Shown: positions 51,971-62,811 of the stretch, in pieces
Position numbering within the stretch: the first letter of the stretch is position 1
How the letters are laid out: each line of letters starts with the position of its first letter
Assembly (NCBI GenBank): GCA_050273025.1
Contig: CP158635.1
Coordinates: forward strand, 24,490,001 to 24,554,000
DNA from: Cenococcum geophilum
Taxonomy: Eukaryota
Reading direction: 5' to 3'
Length of the DNA stretch: 64,000 nt
Made by a program: the position numbers and the translations under genes
The notes under the pieces: model-generated
Seen by the model: the letters and a program-made list of their open reading frames with translations, nothing else
Databases searched by the model: none
What the model was told of the DNA's origin: nothing

Positions 51971-54900
51971 ATTAAATTATTAATAGAAAAGAAGAAAATC
52001 TTAATAATATATTAAAGATACGTCCAAAATTGGACGAAGGTTAATAATGGGAAAGTAAGGTATTAAGGAAAAGGAGTAGCTTAATAAGTAAAGGTGTCCT
52101 TATACTTTACCGTCTAATACCCTTTTAGTGAATAGCCGTAACCTTGCCAATATAACTCCGTTATAATAGCGTTATTTAGAAGAAAGGAAACACGCGTATA
52201 AGTTATTTAACTATTACTTTCTTATAAAAACTAACTATGTGACCGGGGGAAGGCAATTAAGACGTTAAATTAAAGACGTATATGGGTTAAATTAGACCTA
52301 AAACGATACTATAGTATTAAAGAATAATGTTATAGACGTTCTTAACAATCGTATAATAGCTATAATTGCTATTATAAAATGTCCCTGGTTGCTAGGCAGT
52401 AGAGCTACGCCAAATATACAGTATAGGACTACTAGATTTAAAAGCATATACACCAAATCTTAAGAGACAAGTCTCTTTAACTAACTAATTAATACCTTAA
52501 CCGCATCTAATAGCCTAAGGGTAAATGCGGGAGTAATATATTAGTGACGCAAAGGATTATAAGAAAAGGATTATAAGAAAGAATTATAGACCATATCTTA
52601 GCAGTTAAAGACAACGGCAAGCCAAGGCTTTGTACGTTAAATCCTATACTAAAAGGTTCTACGGAACTATACTAGAACACTAAATTGCCTATAATACTTA
52701 TAATTAATTATAGACCGGTATAAAGGCTTGGAAGTAAAGTTGCATAAAAATCCCTATATTAGCCTAGGTAGTCACCGGTATACTTCCGGTAGGCTTCTAA
52801 TAGGTCTCCTAGCAATCCTCGCGTCTTTTCTCTAGTCACGTTTTTCCCTTATTAAGGTTTTTTAGGAGTTTAAAGTAGGGGTTAGATAGATAGATAATAT
52901 ATAGCGGCATACCGACACCTCTCTAATATCTCTCCAAACCTCTTCCGGGACGAGCCCTTATAATCTCCCTACCGTAAGGTAATAGCGATTGGGGGCCGAC
53001 CGCAAGAAGGGGGGGGGTAATGTAAGAGATATTATTGCGGATACCTCGGGTTACCCTTAGGACAACCCCCGGACGCCCTTTGGATGATCGCTAGTCACGT
53101 GCCCGTAGTATATAGTCTCCACAATCCCAGAGGCCTTACCTCCTTAAGGATTCGTCTCTCTTACTAATCTATCCTATTCCAATCGTGTCCTTATAGCCCC
53201 CTGTCTACAAGATCCCCTCACACTTCGCCTTTATAAATACTGCCTATATAAATAATGTTGCCAAATTTCTAAATATAGAAGCTATCTAACTAGAGAAGCC
53301 TATTTAGGTAAAAGGCTATAACGGCTAAGCCGGTCGGCTAGTTACCTACGTTTTAAAGTTATATATTACTCTTAATAGACAACGCCAATATAGTATCCCT
53401 TTTTACATCCTAGACCTAGGGTTCTACGATATAATCCTTAGACAAAAATAGATATTCTATTTTAATATTTAGCTAAACATATAATAATGACTGTTTATCT
53501 AGCCGGAGGATAGACTAAAATTACCCTCTTTTATTAGGGAAATCTAAACTAATCACAAGACACTAGCTATAAGGGCTAACCCTACCTACTAGTAAGATAT
53601 CCGGGCCCGTAACCTAGCCTTTACTTAAGAAGACGCCCGCTATAAAGCTAGAAAGAACTCTATACTAATAAAGATACTCTCCTAAAGCGCTATATTTAAA
53701 AAAGACTCTATATATAGAAGCGGGATAGATAGTAATATAGATAACGTCTAAATCGCGCAGATCTAACCAGTATGGAAAAGAACGCATTAATAGGATATAA
53801 GGGATAACCTCTAAAAGATATAATAGGAGCTAAAAGGAGTAATAATAATACTAATACCCTAAAGGTATATAAAGTTATATACGCCCCTATTGTTATACAA
53901 CCCCCCCGCTATAAATATCGCCGCAATTAGCGCGGTAGCGTTTTACTTTAATATATACCAGAAGAATAATAAAGTCTTTATAATAAGCCTATATAAGATT
54001 AACCAAATTATTAATAATAGGGAGGAAGAGCTAGCTAAGGAGACTAATAAGGAACTAGTTAAACACCTCCTTTTTACTATTTATACAAATTATAAGGATA
54101 TATTCTTAAAGGCGGCTTTAAATAAGTTACCCCCTTACCAGATATATAATTATAAGATTTAATTAAAAGCCAATAACTCGCTAGGTTATAGCCCCCTTTA
54201 CTAACAATTAATAAACAAGCTAAAAGCAATAAAGTAATACTTAATTAATAACTTGGATAAAGGGTTTATTAAGCTAAGTTAAGCCCCTTTTACTTCTCCT
54301 ATCCTATTTATAAAAAAGCCTAATAGAGGCCTTTACTTTTACATTAACTATTAAAAGCTAAACACTATTACTTAAAAGGATCGGTATCCTATTCCTTTAA
54401 TTAATAAGACCCTTATATATCTAAGCTAGGCAAAGATCTTTACTAAACTTAATATCCGCTAAGCTTTCTACCAAATTAGGATAGACCCCGCATCTAAAGA
54501 TTTAATAATATTCTATACCTATTATAGTTCCTATAAATATAAAGTTCTTCCTTTTAGACTAATAAATAGACTAGCTACGTACTAAAGGTATATAAATAAC
54601 GTTCTTTTTAATTACCTTAATAAGTTCTATACGGTATACCTAGATAACATTCTTATATACTCTAACAACGAACTTAAGTATTAAGTTTATATTAAGAAGG
54701 TCCTAAAGAGACTATAAAACACGGGCTTATAAGTTAATATTAAGAAATACGAGTTTAGGGTAAAACGTATAAAATACCTTGGGTTTATTGTAACTATAGA
54801 AGGAATTAAGGTTAACCCTAAGAAGGTAGAGGTAATCTGTAACTAGAAGCCCCCTTATATAGTAAAAGGAATCTAGTCCTTCCTTAGTTTTTATAACTTC

Positions 54901-55147
54901 TACCGCTAGTTTATCCACAACTACAGAATTATAGTAAAACCTCTTATATAACTAATTAGGAAGGATATACTTTTTATCTTTAATAATAGCTATATAAAGG
55001 CCTTTAAAGAGATAAAGGATCGGCTTATCTCTTCCTTAATCTTTTATTACTATAACCTAAACCTTAAATTAATGCTAGAAACGGACGCCTCTAATAGGGT
55101 TATAGCGGGAATCTTATTACAGTTATATCTAGACAGCGAATAGTACT

Positions 55148-57291
55148 TGTTGGTATGCTTTAACAACGTGCAGAATACATATATCACAATGATATGTACT
55201 ATACGGTGTTGTAAATGGATGTTGTCTTTTAATACGAGGAAGGGTGAGGAACTTAAGGTTCCTTACTACGCTAGTGCCGCGGTAACACGTGACGGCAACT
55301 TGCCTCACGTAACGGCAACTTGCTACGCGTGGCGGCAATTTGCCTCCTATTGCAATGCAATATATTCTAGCTATACTAGGAGTACTTTAGAAAATGCGGA
55401 GGACTAGTATCCTATAACTGTGCAGTTTAAAAATCCATATATATACACTTCTCTTTCTTTTTCTTCCTTCTTTCCTTCCTTCCTTCCTTCCTTATACCTT
55501 TATATCAGTGCTATTATCAGTAGCACGTTCTACCCATTCTACTGTCTTTAACTTAATTCGGTTTGTGTTAATAAGTCGCTTAAGAGCTAATAACGGTTTA
55601 CTTTTAGTTATAGCGTCCGTAGGGTTACTGTCTCCATTAATCCACTTAACTTTAGCTATTTCGCGTCTTTTATATAACTAACGTAGGCATATAACATCAA
55701 TTATAAGTCTCTTCTCCTATATAGTTCCTAGTTTAACAAGGCATTTGTAGATTAACTTTAAATCGGTATAAAGGATAAGTGGTAGGCTAATATTAAATTG
55801 TAATTTAACTATGGCCTTAATTGCAGCGCTAATATTAAAACTATAGGCTATGGCATATAATTCGGAGGCTAGTACGCTTTTAGTAATTCTCTTACACTTA
55901 ACTAAGAACTAGTAGATGATGTTCGCCTTATTTAATAAGTCTGCTAGTACTAGGATATATCTAATCTGTAATAAAAGATCCTTATTATTTATAAATAAGG
56001 AATTAGTAAATACAAGTAGTTATAATGTCTCTATATTAAGTTTAACAAAGTTTAAACCTCTTATTAGGTTCTTAATTTGCCACTAAATCTTCTTATTAAG
56101 CAGTTTTACGTCTTTCTTATTAGGGTTAATCACCTGGGCAGCATAGGATAAATTAAAAGAGGCTTTAGGCTGGTATATAGACGCAATATAAGCTCCTCTT
56201 GCTCGTTAGGCGATATATTAGTCCTTAAGTATAAGTGCTATGCGAATAGTGCCCCTAGAACTAGTTATTATAACAGCTTCCTTAATATTAATAAGGGTTA
56301 AGTTCTAGCATTAGCGCTCCTACGTAAGCGTAATTATATAATCCTATTATTAGATAGTGCCTCCGTTAAACTTAATTAGGTATTCCGGCGTAAGTTATTT
56401 ATATTCCTTAGTTAGGAACTTAGCTTTTTTAATCTTCTCCTATTCTAAAGCTGCAAAGACTAAGTTAGCTAGTAGAAGGGTGTTATTAGTCTATAAACCA
56501 ACTATTCCAAAATTTATAGGGTTGTTAAGGTGGAGTAAGCAGGGGTTATAAGTAGATTGGCTTATATTTAGTTCTTTAATATAATAGTTATAGTAAGTCT
56601 TAAACCAATAATTACCTGCCTTAGAAATGCCGTATAAAGGTCTAACAACCTTTAGAATTGTGCCTTATAAGACTCTAAGTGCTATACTAAGTTTAAGAGG
56701 TGCTCTAATATAAAAGTCTTAATTTAGTCTTATAGCTAATTATATATAGGCCTATAAAATATCTCGTAAATAAAGATATATACCATTGTTTTAAGTTATA
56801 GCTATAATGCAGAGAATAAGGCGTTGGCTAACTCATTAGATTATAGGTGATTAAGTTAGTATAAGGTCTTTTTCTAGGTCATTATAGGCCTATACAACTA
56901 GTCTTAACTTCTTAAAGGCTTTATTAGTACCAGGGTTCTTAATTTTATTAACAAATCTAGAGTTAAATACTCTATTACTTTGTGGTATATCTTTAGGGTT
57001 AACCAGTTTAAAAACTCTTTTCTTAAGTAATCCTTTAATCTCTTTCTAGCGTAATACTACAAACTAATTAGATTTTATAGGCTAATCGTTGTCCTCATCT
57101 TATAAATATATTAAGATATTCGCGGTATTAGCTTTACTAGGGTACTTATATAGTCTACCTCTTCCACGCTTAACGGGTTAAGGTTTAGGCTTAGTTTAAG
57201 GTAGGGGTCCAGGCTTAATTTAAGGTAGAGGTAGTTCGCTCTCGTTATCTTCTGGCTGCGTATCCTCTATTGTGGTGGGGTAAAATGGCTT
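55148..57291 (-). mobile_element. Ty1/Copia copy 3 (related family), 3' part: RT-RNaseH and 3' LTR (about 55148-55375)
   Basis: De-RIPed KSRLVVQAY, RPLYGISEAGN.W, RSVLASELYAM, DIMCLRQSYERREIAEVKWI. The LTR shares ggcaagttgccgtcacgtg..ccgcggcactagcg. Truncated upstream of RT. Confidence 0.88.
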
Positions 57292-57535
57292 ACGCCTAGT
57301 ACCTTGGCATTTTCCTGTATATATCAAGCCTTCGGCTTCCCTCCTTCTTACACATCACGACCTACCGGAATACATTCTTTCCTTTCTTCTTACTGACTGC
57401 TTTCCTACTGATTGATTACGACTGACGACCGACCGACCGACCGACCGACCGACCGACAGACAGACAGCATTGTGACTTTCCTATCTGAGAGTGGTCGTAC
57501 CCTCCCACATATTTTATGGCATTCCACGTGGGGAC
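57292..57535 (+). repeat. Probable truncated 5' LTR/leader of the gag element, with a (GACC)n/(GACA)n microsatellite at 57426-57467 and PBS-like TGGCATTCCACGTGGGG
   Basis: TATA-like tgtatatatc and a pyrimidine-rich tract ending ..cccaca at 57509, then TGG at 57517. No second LTR in the window. Confidence 0.45.
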
Positions 57536-57911
57536 GACGGCAAGCTCTTTGGATTAGAAGTCGGGCATTCTACACACAACTATATACACGCAGGAACATA
57601 CTATCGTTACAGAAGAACGACCAGCTACGGAAAAACGACCAGCTGCAAAAGAACCGCCAGCTATAGACAGACGAGACGGCAGGAGAGAACCAGACAGTAT
57701 CGCACAGCAAGGGGAACCAGGCAGTCCCTGAACAGAAAGACCGGAAAAGACAGGACAGCTAGACTCTACGCATAGGCCAAAGAGTGGCAAAAAGGAGTGG
57801 CAAAGGTCTCGGAAAGTTGCGTGCAAGGACGTCAAGCGAACCAACGAGCCAATCAGACAACGTCGACCGGCGGTCGGAGTTACCCGATATATCTGCTACC
57901 TACGCACGGAC

Positions 57912-60170
57912 ATGGCTAGAGCTTTATTGAAGATGCAGAGACGACAAGCCAAGGGCCAATCAATCAGACGGGAACGAGATCTAAGGCATCTGGCGGCAGA
58001 GGAAGTCAGCGCTGCCCTTCAGGAACAGAAGAGAGAATACCAGCCAAGGTCGCAAGTACACGAGATCAGATCTGCCCTCGAAAGCTTCCTATTCTGGCTT
58101 AGCTTTATCTTCTTTCGAGTTATCCGGATCGTGTCAGCGGCGGCTGCAGAGGCGTTCCATGAAGAAGTAGATATAGGCAGAAGCGTAAGACTTAACAGCA
58201 CCCTACCGCGCGGAACGACAGTAGGCCGAAACGGACGAACGTATCGAGACCCGGTGACAGCAGATGATGAAGACTCTGTGCTTTCTCAGGGAGACCCCCC
58301 CTCAAGCGTCAGGAAGCAGGTGCCTTCCGTTAGGGACGCAGATGTACAAGTGGACCAGCCGCAGCATGCACGTACCAAAGTAACACCAAGACAGCCATCT
58401 AGGACACCCTCACCTCAGGCGGCAATGCAAGCAGACCTACCGCAGCGTTTACCCGTGACATCTAGGGCCGATGACCCTCAGCAGACGAAGGATATGAGCC
58501 GCAAGGACCACCTGCAAGCTCCCGAGGAAGCTCTAGATGCACCCTATAGCCAGCGGTCGACGGCTCAAGATAAGGTCTACGTTATGGTCCAGCCTATGCC
58601 AGCCCCAGGAACCGTTGGAACTCCGTACTTTACAGGGCAGGACGTGTCACAGTTTATCGAGCAGTACGAACGGCTATGCGTCCGACACCACGCAACGAGT
58701 AAGGAGAAGCACCAGGGCCTTCCGGAGTACTGCGATTACTGGATAGGGATATGGATCCGAAGCTTGCCTGAATTCACAGCTGGTGACTGGACGGAGCTTA
58801 TGAGAAAGCTTAGGGCAGAATACCGAGGAAGTGACCGCTTTCGTGAAATGGAGACGGTAGAGTTCTTGGAGGCCTACGTACTACAGTGTAGGAGCAGCCC
58901 ACCTGGCGTGCGCGAGTACTGTAGGCAGTTCACACTAATCTCCCAAAAGGCTACCGAAGCAGGCAATCTAAAGAACGGTCAGCGAGGATACTGGTTTACA
59001 AAAGGACTTCCGCTTAAATATCAAAGACACGCCATAGCCAAAACGGGAGCTAATCCAGATAGACGAGAGTCCTTTGACTTCTATCAGTTACTGAGAGCCG
59101 TAGAAGACAGACTTAGTTCATATGAGGGCGCAGATCGTCTGTCAAAAATGGACCCCAAGGACCAGAGCCTTCGTCAGCTGGTTAAGCAGTTCTGTAATCA
59201 GCAGCCAGCCATAAGCAAAGATACTGCCATTCGACCACCTGCGATCTTCCAGCCAAGTGAGACAGCCAACGCCCGTCAAGCCAATCAGGAAACGGGCCCA
59301 GAACTCAAGGAGCTCGACCGCCAAAGGGAAGGAAGACGTCAGGACCTAGGTAGACCAGGTGTACACGGAGGAGCCCTAATGCAGCAGCAGTTACCTACCA
59401 CGGATCAAGCCGCAGCTCAAGGCCCAGCACAAGGATATGGCCTAGCACCAGGATACGAAGACTGGCAGAACAGCGCCCGAGCTCCCTTTGTTCCGCAAGG
59501 CTCTCGACCTCCGCAGGACTTTCGATATCCGCAGGACTCTCGATATCCGCAGGACTCTCGATATCCGCAGGACTTCCAATATCCGCAAGATTCTACTGCC
59601 TTTGGACGACCGCAGCGGGACGCACGGGGTCAGCAGGATGGCACGCGATCTGGCCCAGGCCGATGGACCTGTTTTGGATGCGGAGGAAGTCACCGTTTTA
59701 CTGAGTACGAGTGTCAAGGCTTAAAGGATCTTATTCAGCAAGGACTTGTACATCTGTCTAATCGAAGAAGACTGGTAGCTGGGACACGCGATCGACCTGG
59801 ACCAGTACTTCCGTGGCTCGGCAATGAAGGACGATTGAAAGGTATTAAGAACTGGCTCCGTACGTACCAAGGAGCAGACCTAGACAGACCGAAGAAAGAA
59901 CAGACGCAGCAGCGGGCCTTCCATGACGGAGCAGCGCTAAAGATCAGTGATGAGAAAAGTATGAACTGGGGGGACTACTATCAGAATCGCCTGACCCTTG
60001 AAGACAGCCGTGCAACTAGGACAGCTATGAAGCCGCAGGAGAATAATGTACGACCAGGAGATTACGTCCAGATTAGGTTACGGCCTACGGATAAGGCAGC
60101 TGAAGCTAGGGAAGACTATTATCAAGTGGTACCTATGGACGGATCGTCCGACCCTTGGCCGCGACCTTAG
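57912..60170 (+). CDS. Intact retrotransposon Gag-like protein (752 aa): N-terminal hydrophobic segment, capsid-like domain, Q/P-rich repeats, CCHC knuckle
   Basis: Uninterrupted ORF rich in CpA/TpG. PMPAPGTVGTPYFTGQDVSQFIEQYERLC (capsid-like), CFGCGGSHRFTEYEC knuckle, (YPQDSR)-type repeats from an 18-bp unit. No protease or RT downstream. Confidence 0.85.
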   Translation: MARALLKMQRRQAKGQSIRRERDLRHLAAEEVSAALQEQKREYQPRSQVHEIRSALESFLFWLSFIFFRVIRIVSAAAAEAFHEEVDIGRSVRLNSTLPRGTTVGRNGRTYRDPVTADDEDSVLSQGDPPSSVRKQVPSVRDADVQVDQPQHARTKVTPRQPSRTPSPQAAMQADLPQRLPVTSRADDPQQTKDMSRKDHLQAPEEALDAPYSQRSTAQDKVYVMVQPMPAPGTVGTPYFTGQDVSQFIEQYERLCVRHHATSKEKHQGLPEYCDYWIGIWIRSLPEFTAGDWTELMRKLRAEYRGSDRFREMETVEFLEAYVLQCRSSPPGVREYCRQFTLISQKATEAGNLKNGQRGYWFTKGLPLKYQRHAIAKTGANPDRRESFDFYQLLRAVEDRLSSYEGADRLSKMDPKDQSLRQLVKQFCNQQPAISKDTAIRPPAIFQPSETANARQANQETGPELKELDRQREGRRQDLGRPGVHGGALMQQQLPTTDQAAAQGPAQGYGLAPGYEDWQNSARAPFVPQGSRPPQDFRYPQDSRYPQDSRYPQDFQYPQDSTAFGRPQRDARGQQDGTRSGPGRWTCFGCGGSHRFTEYECQGLKDLIQQGLVHLSNRRRLVAGTRDRPGPVLPWLGNEGRLKGIKNWLRTYQGADLDRPKKEQTQQRAFHDGAALKISDEKSMNWGDYYQNRLTLEDSRATRTAMKPQENNVRPGDYVQIRLRPTDKAAEAREDYYQVVPMDGSSDPWPRP

Positions 60171-60325
60171 AGACGACCGTGCAGCTGGGCTCCGCAGCAG
60201 GTAACGCAGGCTGAGCCGCAGGAGAAAAATGTGCGACTGGGAGATTACGGCCAGATTGGGTTATAGCCTACGGATGAGACAGCTGAAGCTAGGAAGAAGA
60301 ATGAATTGTCTAATCCTTAGAGACG
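60030..60325. repeat. Diverged direct duplication (period about 185 bp) spanning the end of the gag ORF
   Basis: agccgcaggagaa.aatgt.cgac..ggagattacg.ccagatt.ggtta..gcctacggat..g.cagctgaagctagg at about 60031 and about 60215. Confidence 0.8.
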
Positions 60326-60639
60326 GTCTTGGAGACGGACGCTCGACCAGGTCAGCCGTTAACCCGCAGGCTCCGCAGCAGGCGGGCTCACAGCTCGGCG
60401 TGGTTACGGAAAAACTCGGCGTGGTCATAAAGTTGAACGTGGTCAGAACCTGTCTAACCACGCTTAACTTCTGACCACGCTGAGCTTTATGCATATGCAG
60501 CGCATATACCAACAATTTTTCTCTTAGAATTTAAAGTATTTCGTAAATAGATAATGTTATATAACGCGTGGGCAGCATATGCCCCGCATATACATCCTAT
60601 AAGTCGCAACATAAAATAAGCGAGCTAAGTTATCACAAC

Positions 60640-62700
60640 ATGGCCTATACACACGCGTCGCATATCCACAACAATAGTTGCACCAGAACTTCCCCATAAC
60701 ACCACAGCGTACGCCACAAGTATGTACTGCGTAACCTATGCATAAGCGCTATATATGCTAATACTGGGCTAGGGCAACATTAACACATTTATTTCACTCT
60801 TGTATACGCTATACCTACGCTTACTATAAGCAACCTTATAATCGCGGACTTTAATAATACGCAGGTAGCCAGTGCCACAAACCCTAGCGCCTTTAGGTAC
60901 CACCATAGTAAGCATATGCTTTGTATATACCTAAAAGAAGCATATACTAATAGAAGTATATAGGCCCAATCCCTAACCCTAACCCTAACTAGGTGACACT
61001 AGGTTAGTTATAAAGGACGCGCATGCAAGGTATATGCTTATAGTAGATAAAGCACGCGCTATAGTAGCAGCAACAGGTAAAAGGCGTACGTAAATCTAGA
61101 GCCGTATACTATAGCATATGCTAACCTTATATAGCCCCGGCTGTGATAGTCCAGGATAATACAAGTATGTGTTAGGAAGGCTCTATACAGAGAGTGTGCA
61201 TATACTAAGCGTAAACTAGATCCACCTAACCCAGCCTCCGCCTTATCTGCCATTAACTCCATAATATAGGTCGCATATGCTGACAATAAATATAGCTGCG
61301 ATATTACAGTAAACGGCACGCAGATATGCGGCTGTATCTTTACGGCCTAGCTAAGTATATATTCCGCATATACATAGCACCTACATTTCCAACTAATATA
61401 GTTATAGTACCGCCGCTATGTCCGCAACGAGCACAGCGGTGCCTGTATATATTACTATACAGTTCACCAAAGGCATATACTTACCATATGTAGTAACCAA
61501 CCCTCCTACTACCAATATGTCGGCTGCGGAGTTAATTATGGGGGAGAAGTATATGCCTAGTATATGCTACGCATATGCAACGCTAATATAGCGTAGCGCT
61601 CTAAAGCGTTTTATTCTCTCTAGTAGCTGGCAGGATACTAGATACCTATATAAGCCCAGGTAGGTTATGCATATGCAATATATATACAGTACTAACACTA
61701 CACACAGCCGTGGCCCTTTAGGGTCAAGAATTTCGGAGTATATAGACGCCTATACTCTAATCGCGTATACTTACTCTATACCCAGCATATATCTAGCATA
61801 AGCTAACTAGATACAGTGCCTAAGACTAGGGGTTTACTACCCAATTCGGCAGGCAATTCTATTGTAAGGTAAGAGCATTAGTTTCGCTTCTATATATACG
61901 CGCTATACCCCAATATATCTATCTATCTATCTATTTATCTATATACTTATTCCCCCCAAGTTTAATTTCAAACCTAAGGGTACTTGTAGGCCTAAGGGTA
62001 GCGTATAGGAGGAATAAGCACGGCTACCACTAGGATAACTGCCTAATTCGGAAATAAACGCTCGTCTCTATATCTAGGAGACTGGCAAAGTCCGACTTTA
62101 TATAGGCCCTATATATATATCACTAAAACCACCACTTAGTTATATTGCTAGCTCATACGCGCATATACTTCGTATATGCACACCCCTAATGTCTTCTACT
62201 AACCATAGGTTAACACGTGCTTATACTAGGCGTATACTAATAAAAGAGAAACAGCGCGTTGGCCTATCTACTCCCTCCACTGGCTTAAAACGTAGGGTTA
62301 GTATTTCACCTGTATATATTTAGCATACGCTAACTATATATATAGCGCGGCCCAACCCCACCGGGCGACTATAAGGAATCCCCCTTACCGTCTACCCGCC
62401 GCCAAAGGGGTAAGCTTACCTTATACATTCCCTATATATACATAGCTAATATTTAGCACCAGTAAGTAAAAAGCCAACGGCCCGTTATGGTAGAGGTAAA
62501 AGCTCTAGTAAGTTTAGTTCCATCTATTGCGTATATTATACTTATGCTCTATATAAGCCACAGGCGGAACCCGCCACTTAACCCGCCTTTACCGCGTAAG
62601 TCCTAAACTATAAGTCCCGGCATATACTAGGCCTGCACGCTATATACGCAGCCTACAGTATATAGCCGGAGTTTTAGTGAGGTTTATTTAGTAGATAGGC
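60640..62700 (+). pseudogene. Micro-exon, multi-intron gene with Cys/His-rich and C2H2 zinc-finger-like segments
   Basis: Serial 48-58 nt GT..CTAA(C/T/G)..YAG introns, e.g. 60720-60772, 61077-61134, 61165-61219, 61660-61707, 62297-62345, 62410-62462. De-RIPed CDITVNGTQICGCIFTAQPS/YRRHVRNEH near 61297-61434. The 3' end is uncertain. Confidence 0.6.
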
Positions 62701-62811
62701 TAGGCATATACCCAACATAGGGAGCGGGGCAATAGGCCCGCATTAATTAATTCTTTATTTATTATAAAACTCTATATAATACTTTCTATATATATACCGT
62801 GTATATGCGCC

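Larger units (their letters stand above)
41808..53222 (+). mobile_element. Full-length Gypsy chromovirus family D with a long 3' accessory region
   Basis: LTRs 41808-42022 and 53021-53222. TSD cttcg (41803-41807, 53223-53227). gag about 42149-43790; pol about 43800-50715 with protease, RT, RH, IN and chromodomain (YEVEAILRH..VKWLGW..STWEPEDHL). PPT aagaagggggggggtaa. Confidence 0.95.
40048..55147 (+). mobile_element. Gypsy family C (MAGGY-like): 5' LTR 40048-40257, gag, pol up to early RNaseH; interrupted by Gypsy D and Copia 3
   Basis: tgtaacggc...gccgttaca LTR. gag knuckle CYNCNKEGHFA.SCP near 41530, ending GKEEP* with a GGGAAAA slippery-like site. Protease DTGANGFA split at 41807/53228. 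RT YLDDILIY near 54635 and ETDASD near 55080. Confidence 0.9.
1..57291. other. RIP-mutated nested transposon cluster (AT-rich heterochromatin-like block)
   Basis: Pervasive TAG/TAA/TAT where TE consensus codons need CAG/TGG/CAA/TGT/CAT. No ORF longer than about 160 aa. Paired LTRs and TSDs differ mainly by C>T/G>A transitions. Confidence 0.95.

Noticed and set aside
81..56551. Scattered 60-100 aa I/L/Y/K-rich ORFs in the ORF track
   Set aside because: Chance stop-free stretches in RIP-mutated TE sequence, mostly antisense to pol/gag. 53890-54162 is only an in-frame pol fragment and 22361-22573 a MULE transposase remnant.
58019..60515. Short ORFs overlapping or next to the 752-aa gag in other frames or strand
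   Set aside because: Shadow ORFs of GC-rich coding sequence and its 18-bp repeat; no motifs.
60971..60989. (CCCTAA)3 telomere-like repeat
   Set aside because: Only three units, inside a predicted exon. Most simply RIP-converted (CCTGAC)n Pro-Asp codons, with no subtelomeric context.
61059..61740. Minus-strand reading frame with few stops (includes ORF 61059-61319)
   Set aside because: The plus strand carries a dense series of correctly ordered donor, branch and acceptor signals, so the minus frame is probably a shadow.
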